DNA of 64,000 nt, taken from the NCBI GenBank assembly GCA_032718475.1, contig JAUCBJ010000012.1:5673-69672 (forward strand). Reading direction: 5' to 3'. Below the pieces are notes generated by a model. It searched no databases. It was not told where the DNA came from and saw only the letters and a program-made list of their open reading frames with translations. This document shows positions 13,982 through 27,345 of the stretch, one piece after another (the first letter of the stretch is position 1; each line of letters begins with the position of its first letter). Made by a program: the position numbers and the translations under genes. Source of the DNA: Nemertoderma westbladi. Lineage: Eukaryota; Animalia; Xenacoelomorpha.

Positions 13982-14243
13982 GGACATAGGTCAAAAAAAG
14001 TTTTCAGAAAGTTTAATATTCCAGTACTAAAATATTGTTATATAATACTAGTATGTTGTTTTAAAGTTTCCAAGCAATAGCACTTGTGGTTTTTAAAATA
14101 CAGCATTTTAAATCTGGTTGTCTGTCATTGTTGCGGATGGGACAAAGCCATGTCATTGTGCTGATACATTATGTTTGCACATAAGATACACCGATGTTTT
14201 GAGTTAAGAAACTAACAACAATGTTTAAGCATTCATTCAACCC

Positions 14244-14289
14244 AACGCTATATGTACGTTTCGGCCTAACAGGCCTCATCAATGGCGCT
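14244..14289 (-). ncRNA. Degenerate minimal type I hammerhead ribozyme (Penelope-like element remnant)
   Basis: Minus strand AGCGCCA-TTGATGA-GGCC-TGTTA-GGCC-GAAAC-GTAC-ATA-TAGCGTT: stem I, core (C3 to T), stem II, GAAA, short palindromic stem III. Confidence 0.55.
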
Positions 14290-14410
14290 AACCTGCTCAG
14301 CCACTTCCCTCCTGTTTCACTCTAGCATACTTGAGGCCGTTAGGTCCACTGTTAGAGATAGAATATATGGAACTTAAGACTGTCCGTTCAATAGAAGTGG
14401 ATTAGTTGGG

Positions 14411-14690
14411 ATAACATAATTTATGTCATTTTTACATTTATTTATACAGCAACTAATATAATTTATGCAGTTTCTATCACTTACAGTATAATATATTTAC
14501 AATCATTTCGTAATGTTAAAATTTTGCAATAAAACTACATACATATACTTGTTGCAAAGTACTTACAGTGTTCTGATCCTCGTGGCTTTATTTGTTGTTC
14601 GTGTAACAACAAAGCCACTCGGATCATTACACTGTAAAGTGCTACTTTACACACAAGTACTGTTTGTAAATAGTTATAAATATAGTAATT
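14411..14690. repeat. Dispersed repeat with palindromic core (second copy ~17840-18125; related core ~24140-24222)
   Basis: Shared 'ataacataatttatgtcatttttacatttatttatacagc'; core cagtgttctgatcctcgtggcttt...aaagccactcggatcattacactg. Confidence 0.7.
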
Positions 14691-15455
14691 AATATTAAAT
14701 CTGTAAAGTTCATATATCTAACAAAACGTGTATACCAGTGTAGTATACACTACACTACACTTGTACAAATATAATTAATTGTAAGCAAATGCAACGGCAC
14801 CGAAATATGGGCCGCTACAGTATCAATCACTAGCGGCCTTGGTTCTTCTGTGGTCAGTATGAAATGATTGACAGAACTTTGATTCATGTAGATTTTATCC
14901 TGATATCTGATCCTGATAGAAATAAAAAGTACGGTATTATATAAAGTGATAATATAAAATACCTAAATAATAATAGGCCTATAAAGTAATTATAAAATAA
15001 TGAAATTTGTTTTGCATCTTTAAACAAATAATAAAATAATACATAGAATAGAAACTAAATAACGTCACCTGATAACGAAGGACTTCAAAAGGACATAACG
15101 AAAGGAACTACATAATTTAGAAACACAAAAAATATAGAAAATAATTCATGAAAGCAACCGATAATTGAGAAACTAATACCAGAAATAGATTCTCCATATT
15201 TTTTACCCCAGGATGTGTATGTTTATCATTCAAACTGGGTATGTTTATCATTCAAACTGGTTACCAGTAACAAAAACAACGGGTATAACTTTTCGCCGTA
15301 TATGGTTAATAGGTACTGCACTATTGGCGCATCCCGGGGCTGGTGGACACCGGCTGTCACTCACCGTCAACTATCAGACAGTCAGAATATAGGCCTAAAC
15401 AGTCTGACAGTTGGAAATGTGCTACCGCCTACCAGTTTCCAGTCTTTACAGCAGT

Positions 15456-15598
15456 ACAGGGGGGCAGGAGGGGGAAAATTTCCTAAAGGTGGGGCATAAT
15501 TTCCTACAGTTCTAGGAAAAAATTGCCCGGGGGGGCATAATTTCCTAAGGAAAAAATTCCCGGGGGGGGGGGGGGGGGGCTGATTTCCCTGTGACACC
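15456..15598. repeat. G/C-run MITE-like repeat; inverted relative at ~28280-28387
   Basis: Repeated aatttcctagga / ggggcataattt motifs; ends gtgacacc. Confidence 0.5.
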
Positions 15599-15860
15599 AG
15601 TCCAATTGCCAATTGAACATCGCCATTTAAAATATTATTCGAGTATAGAGTATTAGTCTGTTAGTTGATTGTCTACTTACAGTCTGACAGTGCAGTAGGT
15701 GGTAGGTAGGTACCGGTGTAGTCGTAGTGCAGTTGTCTAGTACCGTACTGGCACTACTGGCTGACTGGCACGGCAGTAGTACCTACTCAACTGATACTCA
15801 GATACTGTGATACTGACTCTGACTGTCTGACACTCTGACAGTGGTCAAATTAACAGTATG

Positions 15861-16730
15861 TGCTACTTTGGTTAGGTGGATATGATGACTATTGACTAGG
15901 ATTCATAGAAATATAATAAAAAGTCTTTCTGGAATTTTTATCTTGTAGTTGCAAAGGTGCAAGGTAACCGGGTGCAAAGTTCAAACTTTGTGTGCCTGTA
16001 ATTCAAGACGATGACGGATTCTGTAATTGAGATTTGGTTGGTGAGTAAAGGGAATAATCAGGTCTATCAGATTATTTTACATTTGAATTTGTTTACATAC
16101 CCGTTGCCATGGTAATAAGTACAATGACAAATCTGAATAAAAGTCTACCAAATCTATAAAACACCATTTTTATTCGGTTTGTCAGTCAAAATAGTAAGTT
16201 AAAATTGCCAACATTTTATTTTATAAATAGTATATAAATTGTGAATGACAGTTCTGCAGTTAAGAGTGTCAAAATGTGACAATAATCAAAACTGTCCAAT
16301 AAGAGAGAAAGACTTTTGACAGCATGATTTTTACATTCCAGATTATTAAATTTCGGTTTGCAATTATTAGAAACAAAGGACAGCCACCAGGCATGTCAGG
16401 TGCAAATGAAATAGATAGTAAATAGTATCAAAATTTCTCACTGGCGGTCATAATGGCAAATTATCGTAATACCCATCACCATCACCATGGAAACAGGATT
16501 GAAAAAAAAAATTTAATGTAAAATATTCTGACTGTCTGATAGACTTTTATTTACTTTACTCACCCCATCAAATCTCAAGAACAGAATCCCTCGTCGTCTT
16601 GTATTACGGGCGCGCAAAGTTTGAACGTTGCACCCGGTTACCTTGGCAACTACAAGATAAAAATTCCAGAAACACTTTTTATTACATTTCTATAAACCCT
16701 AGTCATCATATCCACCTAACAAAAGTAGCA
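15861..16730. mobile_element. Foldback MITE with ~220-bp terminal inverted repeats
   Basis: tgctactttggttaggtggatatgatgacta... versus ...tagtcatcatatccacctaacaaaagtagca, with the inverted match continuing inward. Confidence 0.75.
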
Positions 16731-17033
16731 TAAAATAAATTCCTAGGGAAATATTATGATAAAAGTGCCATAAATATGGAAAAGATCGGCCCACGCTAAT
16801 TTCAGGAATCCGCTCGCTGCATGACCTGTTATTTAGTACACCTTGATACTACCGTACTGTACTTGTACTAGAACCGGTATTGTATTAATTATAAAACTTA
16901 AGTAGATAATACAACCAACCGCAGGGTGCGTGGTGCGTGATCCTGTCAATTAATAATAATAATAATAAATTGAAGTAAATAATAAAGAGACCAATATACC
17001 GCTGTTTTTAGAAAGATATATTTATTTCGCAAA

Positions 17034-18232
17034 TTTTCGAGTTGGCATTACTCTTAATCATGCTATTATTGTAGGGCCTAGTTAAATTATAGTAAATGTT
17101 TGTTTCTAGGAAACTACACATTTTAAAATTATATTATATTTAAAATGTTTTACATTGCGAGTCTCATGGATCAAAGGCTTGTAGACCATATTAGTTAACA
17201 ACTGCTTCATTTATTGAGTTCATCCCGTATGGTTCTAAAGTATTCAGTTGACAGGTTGACGACATTGCAAGTGAGGGATTCTGGCTATGTCAACTGAATA
17301 GTTTCACTTTAGAACCATACGGGGTGAACTCAATAAATGAAGCAGTTGTTAACTCATACCATACGGTCTACAAGCCTTTGATCCATCTTACTGTCTTAGA
17401 GAGACTCGTACTGTAAATCATTTTTATTCCAAAATTGTAACATTACTCAATGCCGTTAGTATTAACAGCGAGTTGTTATTTAACACTTTACAACTTTAGA
17501 GGACTTTACAGCATTGTATTGGCCTGTACGTACATTTAGTATTGTAATTGGTGTTATTGTTTACGTGGTACTGGTAACCAATGACGGCGTTAAGTTATGT
17601 CCTCTAACAGAATGGGACATTAATTAACGCCGTCATTGATTACCACTTTAACAATAACACCAAATACAATATTAAATATACAGGCCAATACAATGCTGTA
17701 ATATCGTCTAAAGTTTTTGCCTGACAGCCAGATAGGCCTACTGCATTACATACAGGTAGGCGGGGTATAGCTATTAATAACCAGTAGCTAAATGATTAAC
17801 ATGGCTCCAAACGCCACCATAAATATAAGCTAACTTATTTATAACATAATTTATGTCATTTTTACATTTATTTATACAGCATCTAATATAATTTGTGCAG
17901 TTTCTATCACTTATAAGTTATAATGTATATGTACAATCATTTTGTAATGTTACAATTTTGGAATAAAACTACATACAATATACCGTAAATACTTGTTGCA
18001 AAGTAGGTACTTTGCAGTGTGATGATACGAGTGGCTTTGTTACACGAACGAACGTTAGTGAGTGAGTGAAAATAAAGCCACGAGGATCAGAACTACTCAC
18101 ACAAGTACCAGTATGTGAATAGTTATATACCCACCGGTATAATATAAGTTTAAAATGTGTTGTTTCTAAGAAACTAACATTTACTATAACTTAGCTACAA
18201 TAATAGCATGTAAGAGTAATCCAACTCGAAAA
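17034..18232. repeat. Nested multi-arm palindromic region
   Basis: Outer inverted repeat ~17034-17127 / ~18149-18232 enclosing hairpins ~17166-17386 and ~17492-17715 and a palindromic dispersed repeat. Confidence 0.7.
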
Positions 18233-19064
18233 ATAATAATAATAATTAAATAGGCCTATATATATTATTGTATATATATTATATATTTATTTATTTCATA
18301 TATATATTGGTATTTACAATGTTCTAGAACAAGTCTCCTTGATATTAGCCTATACATTCAAATTAACAACACAATATGATGCCATAAATTTTCCAAAAAT
18401 TGGCCCCAGGCCACACTAATGCCGAAAGGGACGGTCCCCAAAGCGAAAGTAATGAAGTACCGGTAACGAGATCCCCTCTTTAATCATACTATTACGTAGC
18501 TATTCATACATAAACGAAATGTTCTAGAATACCGGTATGGTGTTTTTTATTAATATAATAAAATAGCCTCCCTCAAGTGCAAAACCTTGCAACATTTGAA
18601 CGTATCTCAGCTATTTACAATGAAATTCTGATTGTATTACATACCGGTATTTGGAATTGTTTTGCAGCCACATTTCCATCAGTAAAAAAACCAATCGCGA
18701 TAAGGTTCAAGAATAACTGCAATGTAACTAGTGAAATACATTTCAGCATTTTTCAAACGCTTGTAGATAAGAATGAGAGCCAAAATAAAATTTTCCACTC
18801 TCTCAGCCAGGAGGAGTTATGTGAAACTATCTCTCTTTCAAATTTCATGCAATCTCATAAAGATTTGTATACTTTTTTTTTGGTGGGGGGGGGGGGGGGG
18901 GGGCATGTACCAGACAGCCAGAGTCAGAAAAACGACATTATATTCCAGGACATTGGTGTAGGCAAGTAGGCCAACTTTATTAATTAATACAATCAATGTT
19001 CTATATTATCCTGTTAGGTGTGTAGCTGTAGAGATCAGATCACATATTCATATTGTAAGCAATT

Positions 19065-19373
19065 ATGCCGCATCAGAAGGTGATTATTGGAGGAGTTATA
19101 CGAGAGAAAGTCCAGCATAATATTCTGGACATAGCAAATGTAGTAAAAGAAACTGTGAAATCCTCAAATTGTTCAGAAATGCTCGTGCAGTCATCGAAAA
19201 CATTCGCAGCTAACGAAATACGAATTTTTGAGTGTGAAAAAACTTTAAAGAAAATGGGAGTCTTAGTCACACATTTGGGGTTTCAGTTGGAGTCAGTTAA
19301 GAGGAATATGGAGGATGTTAGCGGAGTAAATGATCAAATTAAAGCCATAATAAAAACAGAATCTGGAGAATAG
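19065..19373 (+). CDS. BORCS7: BLOC-1-related complex subunit 7-like protein, single coding exon, 102 aa
   Basis: EKV...DIANVVK..VKSS..SEML.Q..K.FA..E..I...EKTLKKM..LVTHL.FQ.E.V..N pattern and size match BORCS7 as recalled. Confidence 0.75.
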   Translation: MPHQKVIIGGVIREKVQHNILDIANVVKETVKSSNCSEMLVQSSKTFAANEIRIFECEKTLKKMGVLVTHLGFQLESVKRNMEDVSGVNDQIKAIIKTESGE

Positions 19374-19574
19374 GCCTAATACGAGTAATAAAGTTTACCA
19401 GATTCATGAACGGACGGGTCAGCGGTTTAAATTTTTATTTCATTCTCCTGATACATTTTAATTAGATTCTGCAAAAATGTGAACTATTTTTATAACAACA
19501 TCACATCGAGCATCTGGAGAATTTCAGTACCAAAAGTAACCAGATACGGTGGCGTGATAGGTGATGGAATTACT

Positions 19575-19650
19575 GCGAGGGGCGGTGATATAATGGCTGT
19601 GAGGGGCGGTGACATAATTGCTGTGAGGGGCGGTGACATAATTGCTGCGA
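19575..19650. repeat. Three 24-bp tandem repeats (GAGGGGCGGTGA.ATAAT.GCTG) containing GC-box-like GGGGCGG upstream of SRSF2
   Basis: Direct inspection. Confidence 0.7.
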
Positions 19651-19915
19651 ATGGTCGACACAGATTAGAAAAATAATGATCTTAAGATGTCTGTTAGGTC
19701 TGTTCCTGAGTTCCAGTTCGCTGAATCCCGCTGTGAGTTTTATCTAAACGAACGGTGAACGGGGCGGTGAGTTGGAGACAAATACAGTACCGGTACATCC
19801 AGTGACACAGTCGGTGAATAGGTATATAAGCTGATTAGGGTATCACAATATTAGTATCTCTACAAATACATATATATTGGTTGGATTTGTTTACAATTAT
19901 ATATCTATAGTAACG

Positions 19916-20419
19916 ATGAATGATTATTCCTATGGACCTCCGCCTAAGGACGCAGACGATATGGTGTCGTTGAAGGTGGACAACCTCACCTACAGGACAA
20001 CGCCGGACGACCTGCGTCGCGCATTCCAGAAATACGGGGAAGTCGGAGACGTTTATATTCCGCGCGACCGGAGCACTCGGGACAGTCGCGGCTTCGCGTT
20101 CGTTCGCTACTACAGTCGGCGAGACGCGGACGACGCGATGGACGGCTTGGACGGGTCGCTGATGGACGGAAGGGATATTCGGGTTTCCTTGGCGCGACAT
20201 CCGCGCCCCTTGGAGCCGCGGGGCTCGTACGGAAGGGGCGGGGGCGGCCGGTACGACGGAGGGGGGCGTTCCGGTGGCGACTACAGGTCCGGTCCGCCAC
20301 GGAGTCGGTACGGGGGCGGTAGGAGCTACCGCTCACGCTCGCGAACCCCGCCACGTCGGGACAGACGGCGCAGTCGCAGCTACAGTCGCTCGCGGTCGCT
20401 CAGTCGGTCTCCCAGGTAA
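19916..20419 (+). CDS. SRSF2: Serine/arginine-rich splicing factor 2 (SC35)
   Basis: [49 protein letters not shown] followed by a Gly-rich linker and RS domain; ATG at 19916; AATAAA at ~20546; the end cag|gtaaag could instead be a splice donor. Confidence 0.92.
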   Translation: MNDYSYGPPPKDADDMVSLKVDNLTYRTTPDDLRRAFQKYGEVGDVYIPRDRSTRDSRGFAFVRYYSRRDADDAMDGLDGSLMDGRDIRVSLARHPRPLEPRGSYGRGGGGRYDGGGRSGGDYRSGPPRSRYGGGRSYRSRSRTPPRRDRRRSRSYSRSRSLSRSPR

Positions 20420-21571
20420 AGGGTTCCGTTCCAGGGTCAGTCCCCGTTTGGATTTCGCAATGTCTCGTTTACTACACTCTCTGTCCGTCTACACTGAGTC
20501 TCCTTGTGTTAAACCTGCTATCTTTTAGCAGCCCCGCTTATATCAAATAAAACTGAATCCTTTCCCAACGTGTTGGTTGGCTTTAGTCTCTTTGAAATGA
20601 TTAGTTTTAATTGGTTATTATGATTACTGACTAACGTAACGTTAGGTTGTCATTGCGATTGAGACAGACTTACCCTCGAAATCTACAATCTGCTTTACTG
20701 AACACGAACTATTTCAATCCGGTTATTGATGTACTTCGTATTGTCTTTACACTTATTTGTATTCTACTGTAGGTAGGGGGTGTCGTTTGTAACTCAGGGG
20801 CTCAGTGATATATATATATATATGCTTAGTATGAATATATCGTATTATTTTAAGAAAATGTGAATAAAATTAATTAATTTCGATCATCAGTCATTGTTAT
20901 GTGACGCTTGTCCGTTATTGATAACACTGACAGTAACCAGCATGGTAGTGAATGGGTTAGGGTTAGGTATATCGTACTGACCCTAATACTAGTAATAATA
21001 ATAAATAATACGATATTTTACTATTTTAAAATTATATAGTATTGACACGAGTTACTTTGTTCCATCATTTTATTGGTCGCCAGTAGATAATGTTGTAAAT
21101 TTGTTAAAGGTTGATAAACATTGAGCGGTTATGTTATTGGTTTACTGTGATGACGTTCATTAAGACGGTGTTGATTTTATTGGAATTTTTAATTCTTATA
21201 CTAGAGTTATTCATCTATATCATAATATATATCTGACTACTTTATCACAAAAAGTGGAATAGTAGATCAAGTTTATTTTACGGTAATAATCACGACTGTT
21301 TGTTTGTTTTCAAATGGTTGTTTGCCTTACTCAATTTCAAGTAAAATTCGGGTATTTTAGGCTTTTCTTACCTTTTTGGTACAATAAGAAAAATTATACC
21401 GGTATCTGATTTTAAATAAAGAAGATATTATTATGAAGATTACTGGAACTTATTATATGAGTATAATAATAGGTAACTCTAGTATATACAGTTAATTACT
21501 TTTGGCAGTTTCATTTGCGAGACTTTTCGCTTTGTAGTTTTTTTATGTGGTGATTTATTGTTTCGTATTCT

Positions 21572-23560
21572 TTATTGGTCACCAGGCGTTCTCCAAGAGT
21601 TGCAGTTGTTACACAACCGCGGACAGACACATAATCCAGGATGAGTCAGTGTCAGACCCACTCCCGCTGACATGTACGTATCCGATATCCGAGTTGGCTC
21701 TATTATAGGAGGTATAACCCTGTAAACAATAACGGTATAACCCTGTACGCAATAACGATATAACCCTGTAAACAATAACGGCATAACCCTGTAAACAATA
21801 ACGATATAACCCTGAAAACAATAACGATATAACCCTGAAAACAATAACGCATAACCCTGTAAACAATAACGGCATAACCCTGTAAACAATAACGATATAA
21901 CCCTGAAAACAATAACGATATAACCCTGAAAACAATAACGATATAACCCTGAAAACAATAACGCATAACCCTGTAAACAATAACGATATAACCCTGTACA
22001 CAATAACGATATAACCCTGAAAAGAATAACGCATAACCCTGTAAACAATAACGGTATATATATAACCCTGTACACAATAACGCATAACCCTGTAAACAAT
22101 ATCGATATAACCCTGAAAACAATAACGCATAACCATGTAAACAATACCGATATAACCCTGAAAACAATAACGATATAACCCTGAAAACAATAACGCATAA
22201 CCCTGTAAACAATAACGATATAACCCTGTACACAATAACGATATAACCCTGAAAAGAATAACGCATAACCCTGTAAACAATAACGGTATATATAACCCTG
22301 TACACAATAACGCATAACCCTGTTATCAATAACGATATAACCCTGAAAACAATAACGCATAACCCTGTAAACAATAACGGTATATATAACCCTGTACACA
22401 ATAACGCATAACCCTGTAAACAATATCGATATAACCCTGAAAACAATAACGCATAACCATGTAAACAATACCGATATAACCCTGTAACAATAACGATATA
22501 ACCCTGAAAACAATAACGATAACCCTTTAAACAATAACGATATAACCCTGTAGACATTAACGATATAACCCTTTAAACAATAACGATATAACCCTGTAAA
22601 CAATAACACATAACCCTGTAAACAATAACGCATAACCCTGTAAACAAAAACGCATCACCATATAAACAATAACGCATAACTCTGTAAACAATAACTCGTA
22701 ACCATGTAAAGAATAACGGTATACCCTGTAAACAATAACGCATAACCCTGTAAACAATAACGATATAACCCTGTAAACAATAACGCATAACCCTGTAAAC
22801 AATAACGCATAACCATATAAACAATAACGGATAACTCTGTAAACAGTAACGCATAACCATGTAAAGAATAACGGTATACCATGTAAACAATTACGATATC
22901 ACACTGTAAACAATAACGATATAACACTGTAAACAATAACGATTTATCCCTGTAAACAATAACGCATAATCCTGTACAAACAACAACAGTATAACCCTGT
23001 AAAAAATAACGCATAACCCTGTAAAAAATAACGATATCACACTGTAAACAATAACGATATAACACTGTAAACAAAAACGATTTATCCCTGTAAACAATAA
23101 CGCATAATCCTGTACAAACAACAACAGTATAACCCTGTAAAAAATATCGCATAACCCTGTAAACAATAACGATATAACCCTTTAGACAATAACGATATAA
23201 CCCTGTAAACAATAACGATATAACACTGACTGTAAACAATAACGATTTAACCATGTAAACAATACCGGTATAACCCTGTGTAAACTATAACGGTATAACA
23301 GATATTTAGATTTAATAGATATAAAACGAATTTGCTCAAATCTACCTGGAAACACCCTCAGATTGATATGTAGGGTTATTGTAGTTCACACTAGGTATTT
23401 CTAGAACCGACACATTTGTCGGATGTTGAGTCCCTAACTTCTCTCGACATGTTGGACACGGTGGCATTGAGGCTCCTGTATGTATCGTTTGCGACGGCCT
23501 TGGGCATTCTCGGCACAAGTGACCCGTTCCAGGTTGAACAATAAATGAGCTCAACTCATT
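21572..23560 (-). CDS. Putative last two exons (23560-23346, 21719-21572) of an unidentified Cys-rich, possibly RING-like gene
   Basis: ttttag|AATGAG acceptor, CAG|gtag donor, GHLCREC...CPTCR motif; joins in frame to VIPPIIEP...CVCPRLCNNC*; a further candidate exon at ~24506-24686. Confidence 0.35.
21712..23300. repeat. Minisatellite, ~22-24-bp unit ATAACCCTG(T/A)AAACAATAACG(C/AT)
   Basis: Direct inspection, about 65-70 copies. Confidence 0.95.
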
Positions 23561-24365
23561 CTAAAATAAAGAATATCTTAAACGGCCTGTCAGATTGCTA
23601 GTTTTTGTTTATTTTTATCCGTTATATATTTAGTGTAATAATCATTGACACTAATGATTAGTATAAAAAATTGTTCTCCCTTGGCCTGTTACACTTCTTT
23701 ATCACCTGCGTCTCCTATCGGTTCATTGAATAATAAATACTAACACATTTGTGATAATTGTGTAATTGATTCGACGCAATCAAAATTCATCCCACTCCCT
23801 CGGTAAATCAACGAAAATAATCGTTTAATGTTTTGGTTAGAATAACGTGGCCACTGTAACCTGTTCCTTACCCTGAATTTATAATTTAACATGAGACGTC
23901 ATATTAATTAACTGAGGAGGTATTCCCCCCCCCCCCCCCCCCCCCCCCTTTATCACAGTATAATAGTTCTACAACAGAAGGTAGATAGTTGTAACCTTGT
24001 GAAGTGACGATAAACATCCACTATCATATGTTCGTGATTGGGTATTCGTTGGGATTGTCCAAGTTGCTATTGTCGATGTCCCTACAATTACAAATTAAAT
24101 GATATTTACACTAAACTGTATCGGCATATTATACACAGGATCTTCGTAACTTTATTCCACTCACTCGCCACGTTCGTTCGTTTAATACGTTCGTTCGTTT
24201 AAAAACCACTCCGGTCAGTATACTCAGCAGGTAGGACAGTCACCGAGAGTTCAAACTGATTGTGTGACGACCCCCTGACTTGCAGGTAACAGCCAAGAGA
24301 GATGAGCATTCGGGATACTAAATTATTTCACGTTCCCCGATAACTTTACGGTATTTATGTAAATA

Positions 24366-24526
24366 GTTATTAATTACCTGAAGTTTTTGTGTTGTAAGTT
24401 ATTAATTACCTGAAGTTTTTGTGTTGTAAGTTATTAATTACCTGAAGTTTTTGTGTTGTAAGTTATTAATTACCTGAAGTTTTTGTGTTGTAAGTTATTA
24501 ATTACCTGAAGTTTTTGTGTTGTAAG
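24366..24526. repeat. Five 32-bp tandem repeats ATTAATTACCTGAAGTTTTTGTGTTGTAAGTT
   Basis: Units start at 24369, 24401, 24433, 24465 and 24497. Confidence 0.95.
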
Positions 24527-24883
24527 CCCCTTTTCTTTGCGACACGAGGAACCTGTGCTTGCGGTCGATCGCATTCTGTCTGCGCTGTGATTCGTGGTGA
24601 TAATTCGGATTCATAGCCATGTCGAGGAGGTGAAGTATCCTTTGCTTAACCTTATCGTATGTCGTGAAATACAACTCAGTACAACCTATAATTATGAAGT
24701 TATAATGGTACACGAGTGGGGTCGTTGTGTATAAGTCCATTTATAGGAAGGGATCTAGGGGTCTTATCCTCGAATGATAAGTTTATTTTACCGAAAATAA
24801 CTTATATTTTATTGGCGCAATTGTAGGACTATCCCATCACATGCGTATTTTTTAACCGGGTAGTGTACAAATTTGTATATGTA

Positions 24884-25133
24884 TAATCTCTCAGTTCTTG
24901 TGGTCGTACGAAGTTCGTTTTAGGCTCATTCGAGCTCTTTTCTCAGAGAACAAAGTTACCATTTGGTTTGGCAAACTCTTGAAAGCTGCCTGAGCAATCA
25001 TAACTTGAACAAAATTTGCAAGACATATTTTACCCAAATTCATGTTATGTTGCTTCACAACCATTTTATCTTAAATCAAATGGTAACTTTGTTCTCTGAA
25101 AAACTTCGTACGACCACTAGAACTGGAGATTAT
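24884..25133. mobile_element. Small MITE
   Basis: taatctctcagttcttgtggtcgtacgaagtt ... aacttcgtacgaccactagaactggagatta; inner IR cagagaacaaagttaccattt / aaatggtaactttgttctctg. Confidence 0.7.
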
Positions 25134-25739
25134 CCATTTTGAAGATCTCCGATGACCGATAAGTCTATTCCGTGTAATCCCGCAAAGACCGCAGAGTCGC
25201 TTATTCGAGTCCAGTCTTTATTCCGGAGACTTAAAGTTGTCTTATAAACTGATAGTAGGTCCAATAATCATAAAAAAATACCTTCTCAATTAAAATTTTG
25301 TGCTCTTTCTCGTAGAGACATCCAAATGGCACCACTGAGCACAGAAATTTGCAGAAATTGAATGAAGTTTCCCCACATGGGCTTTTTTTTTATATTAATT
25401 GATATAATTTGAAAGCGACTGAAACAAAACTGGAAATTAATATGGCAGGATTGTGCAATAAATAGTCAAAACATGTGGTTAATTACAATGAACCTGACAT
25501 AAAATAATAAGGGTTCGAATTTCCATTCGTTGTACAGTAAAATGTAACAATTTGCTTTTGAATCCAGAAAACGTTTATTGGCGATAAAACCAACATAAAT
25601 ATATATATATAACAAAGCATTGTTGCGCGGGTGTACCGGTAGTCTACAAGTAATTTGGACATTGTTGTGTGGTATTGTCAAATAATTTACAATCTTTTGA
25701 GTTATTCAAAAAAATTAAGACTCCCCTAAAGTCAAGTAT

Positions 25740-27345
25740 CCCCCCCCCCACCAAATTATTCTCTTAATAAGATAGCATGAAATTTGAAACAGAGATAGCT
25801 TCAACTACGTCCTCCTTTGTGGGTGAGCCAGAATTTTTATTTTCGCTTTCAATCTATAGCTACAGTCTTATTGCAGTTATTCTTACACCTTATAGTAATT
25901 TGTTGGTAGCAATGGAAAGCTGGCCGTGCAAAGATTCCAAATATGTGAAAATATTTAAATTTGGTTTGGAAATAGCTGAGTTATGGGCATTCGAATGTTG
26001 CATGTAATTGCTTCCGCTGCAGGCCATTTATTCTATTTAATAAATACTCGATGTTCTACAACATTTTGTTTATGTATGAATATCCATGTACTGTAGTAAT
26101 ATTATTATTATAGGCATTATACTGTTGCCAAGCTACTTATGAGAAAAACAAAATGTTCCAGAATATTGTGTATTTATTAAATAGAATAAAAGGCCCGCAT
26201 CGGAAGCATTACATGCATGATTCGAATGCCCATAACTCAGCTATTTCCCAACCAAATTCACAACTATTTTACATCATTGTGTGCAAAGTAGCACTTTGCA
26301 GCGTTATGACCCGAGTTTATTTATGTACCGAGCGAGCGCAGCGAGGGAGGTTTACATAAATAAACAAGGGTCTTTAATGCTGAAAAGTGACCTTTGCACA
26401 CAATGGTGTATGTAATTTTGTTACATTATGTCAACTTATCAGCGTTCGGTATGTGAAGAAGGATTTTATGGATACTCATTTATACATTTTAATCTTGTAC
26501 TATATCGAATTTAAGTGAAATTTATTAACAGGTACACAGTATTAATTATACATTTATATCTAATTAAAGCTTATTGTTGTTATCTTCTGCATGGATGTGA
26601 TAAAACTTTGATTCATTCCATTTTTTCCTTGGTCGCCTGCATCAAATATAATCGCCTGTGTCGCCGTCCAGTTTTACTGAACATTGTTGCCATGTTCTGT
26701 GCTCATTTTCTCTAAAGTGTCTTCTATTGGACGTTTCGATATAATGGAATAAATTAGACGTTAAACAATTATTTACATACAGTAGCTAGTCATAATCCCG
26801 TCACTGCTAACTGGATTGATAACAAAGCAGCACGCATTAATATAAATGGAAATAATACATTCTGGAGTACAGCAATTGAAGTTGTTTCCATGTCATTGAT
26901 TACTTTGCAGCGTTCCGTCCTATAGGCCACAACGCTGCAAAGTGGTACCTTGCAGTGTTACGAGTAATTCATCAGAACGCTGTTAAGTTGACATAATGTA
27001 ACAAAATATTTTTACATCTTTGGAATCCTTGCACGGCCAGCTTTCCATTGGTACCAGCAAACAGCTACTGTATATAAGGTAGAAGAATAACTGCGGTGGT
27101 GTAACTGTTGTAATTTCGCTGGAGACACTTTTTTTAAACGCTTGTAGGGTGTAGCTTAAGATTGAAAGCAAAAATAAAAATTCTGACTCACCCAAGAAGT
27201 GGTCGGGAGGTGACACTATCTCTGTTTCAAATTTCATGCAATCTCATCAAGATTTGAAGAACAAATTTTTTTTTTTTTTGGGGGGGGGGGGGGGGATGTG
27301 TCACTGATTTACGACACTACTGGCTATTGCAGGACATGGTGTAAT
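25740..27345. mobile_element. Composite foldback element with nested palindromes; a related end fragment lies at ~18825-18960
   Basis: gcatgaaatttgaaacagagatag...atggaaagctggccgtgcaa repeated inverted at ~27000-27240; inner hairpins ~25969-26250 and ~26270-26410, and IR ~26419/~27003. Confidence 0.65.

Noticed and set aside
19835-20354. Antisense ORFs over SRSF2
   Set aside because: GC-rich shadow frames of a well-recognised gene
20955-20966. Telomere-like GGGTTAGGGTTAGG
   Set aside because: Only two units; compatible with chance
21572-23254. Long hydrophobic minus-strand ORFs
   Set aside because: Artefacts of the 22-24-bp minisatellite
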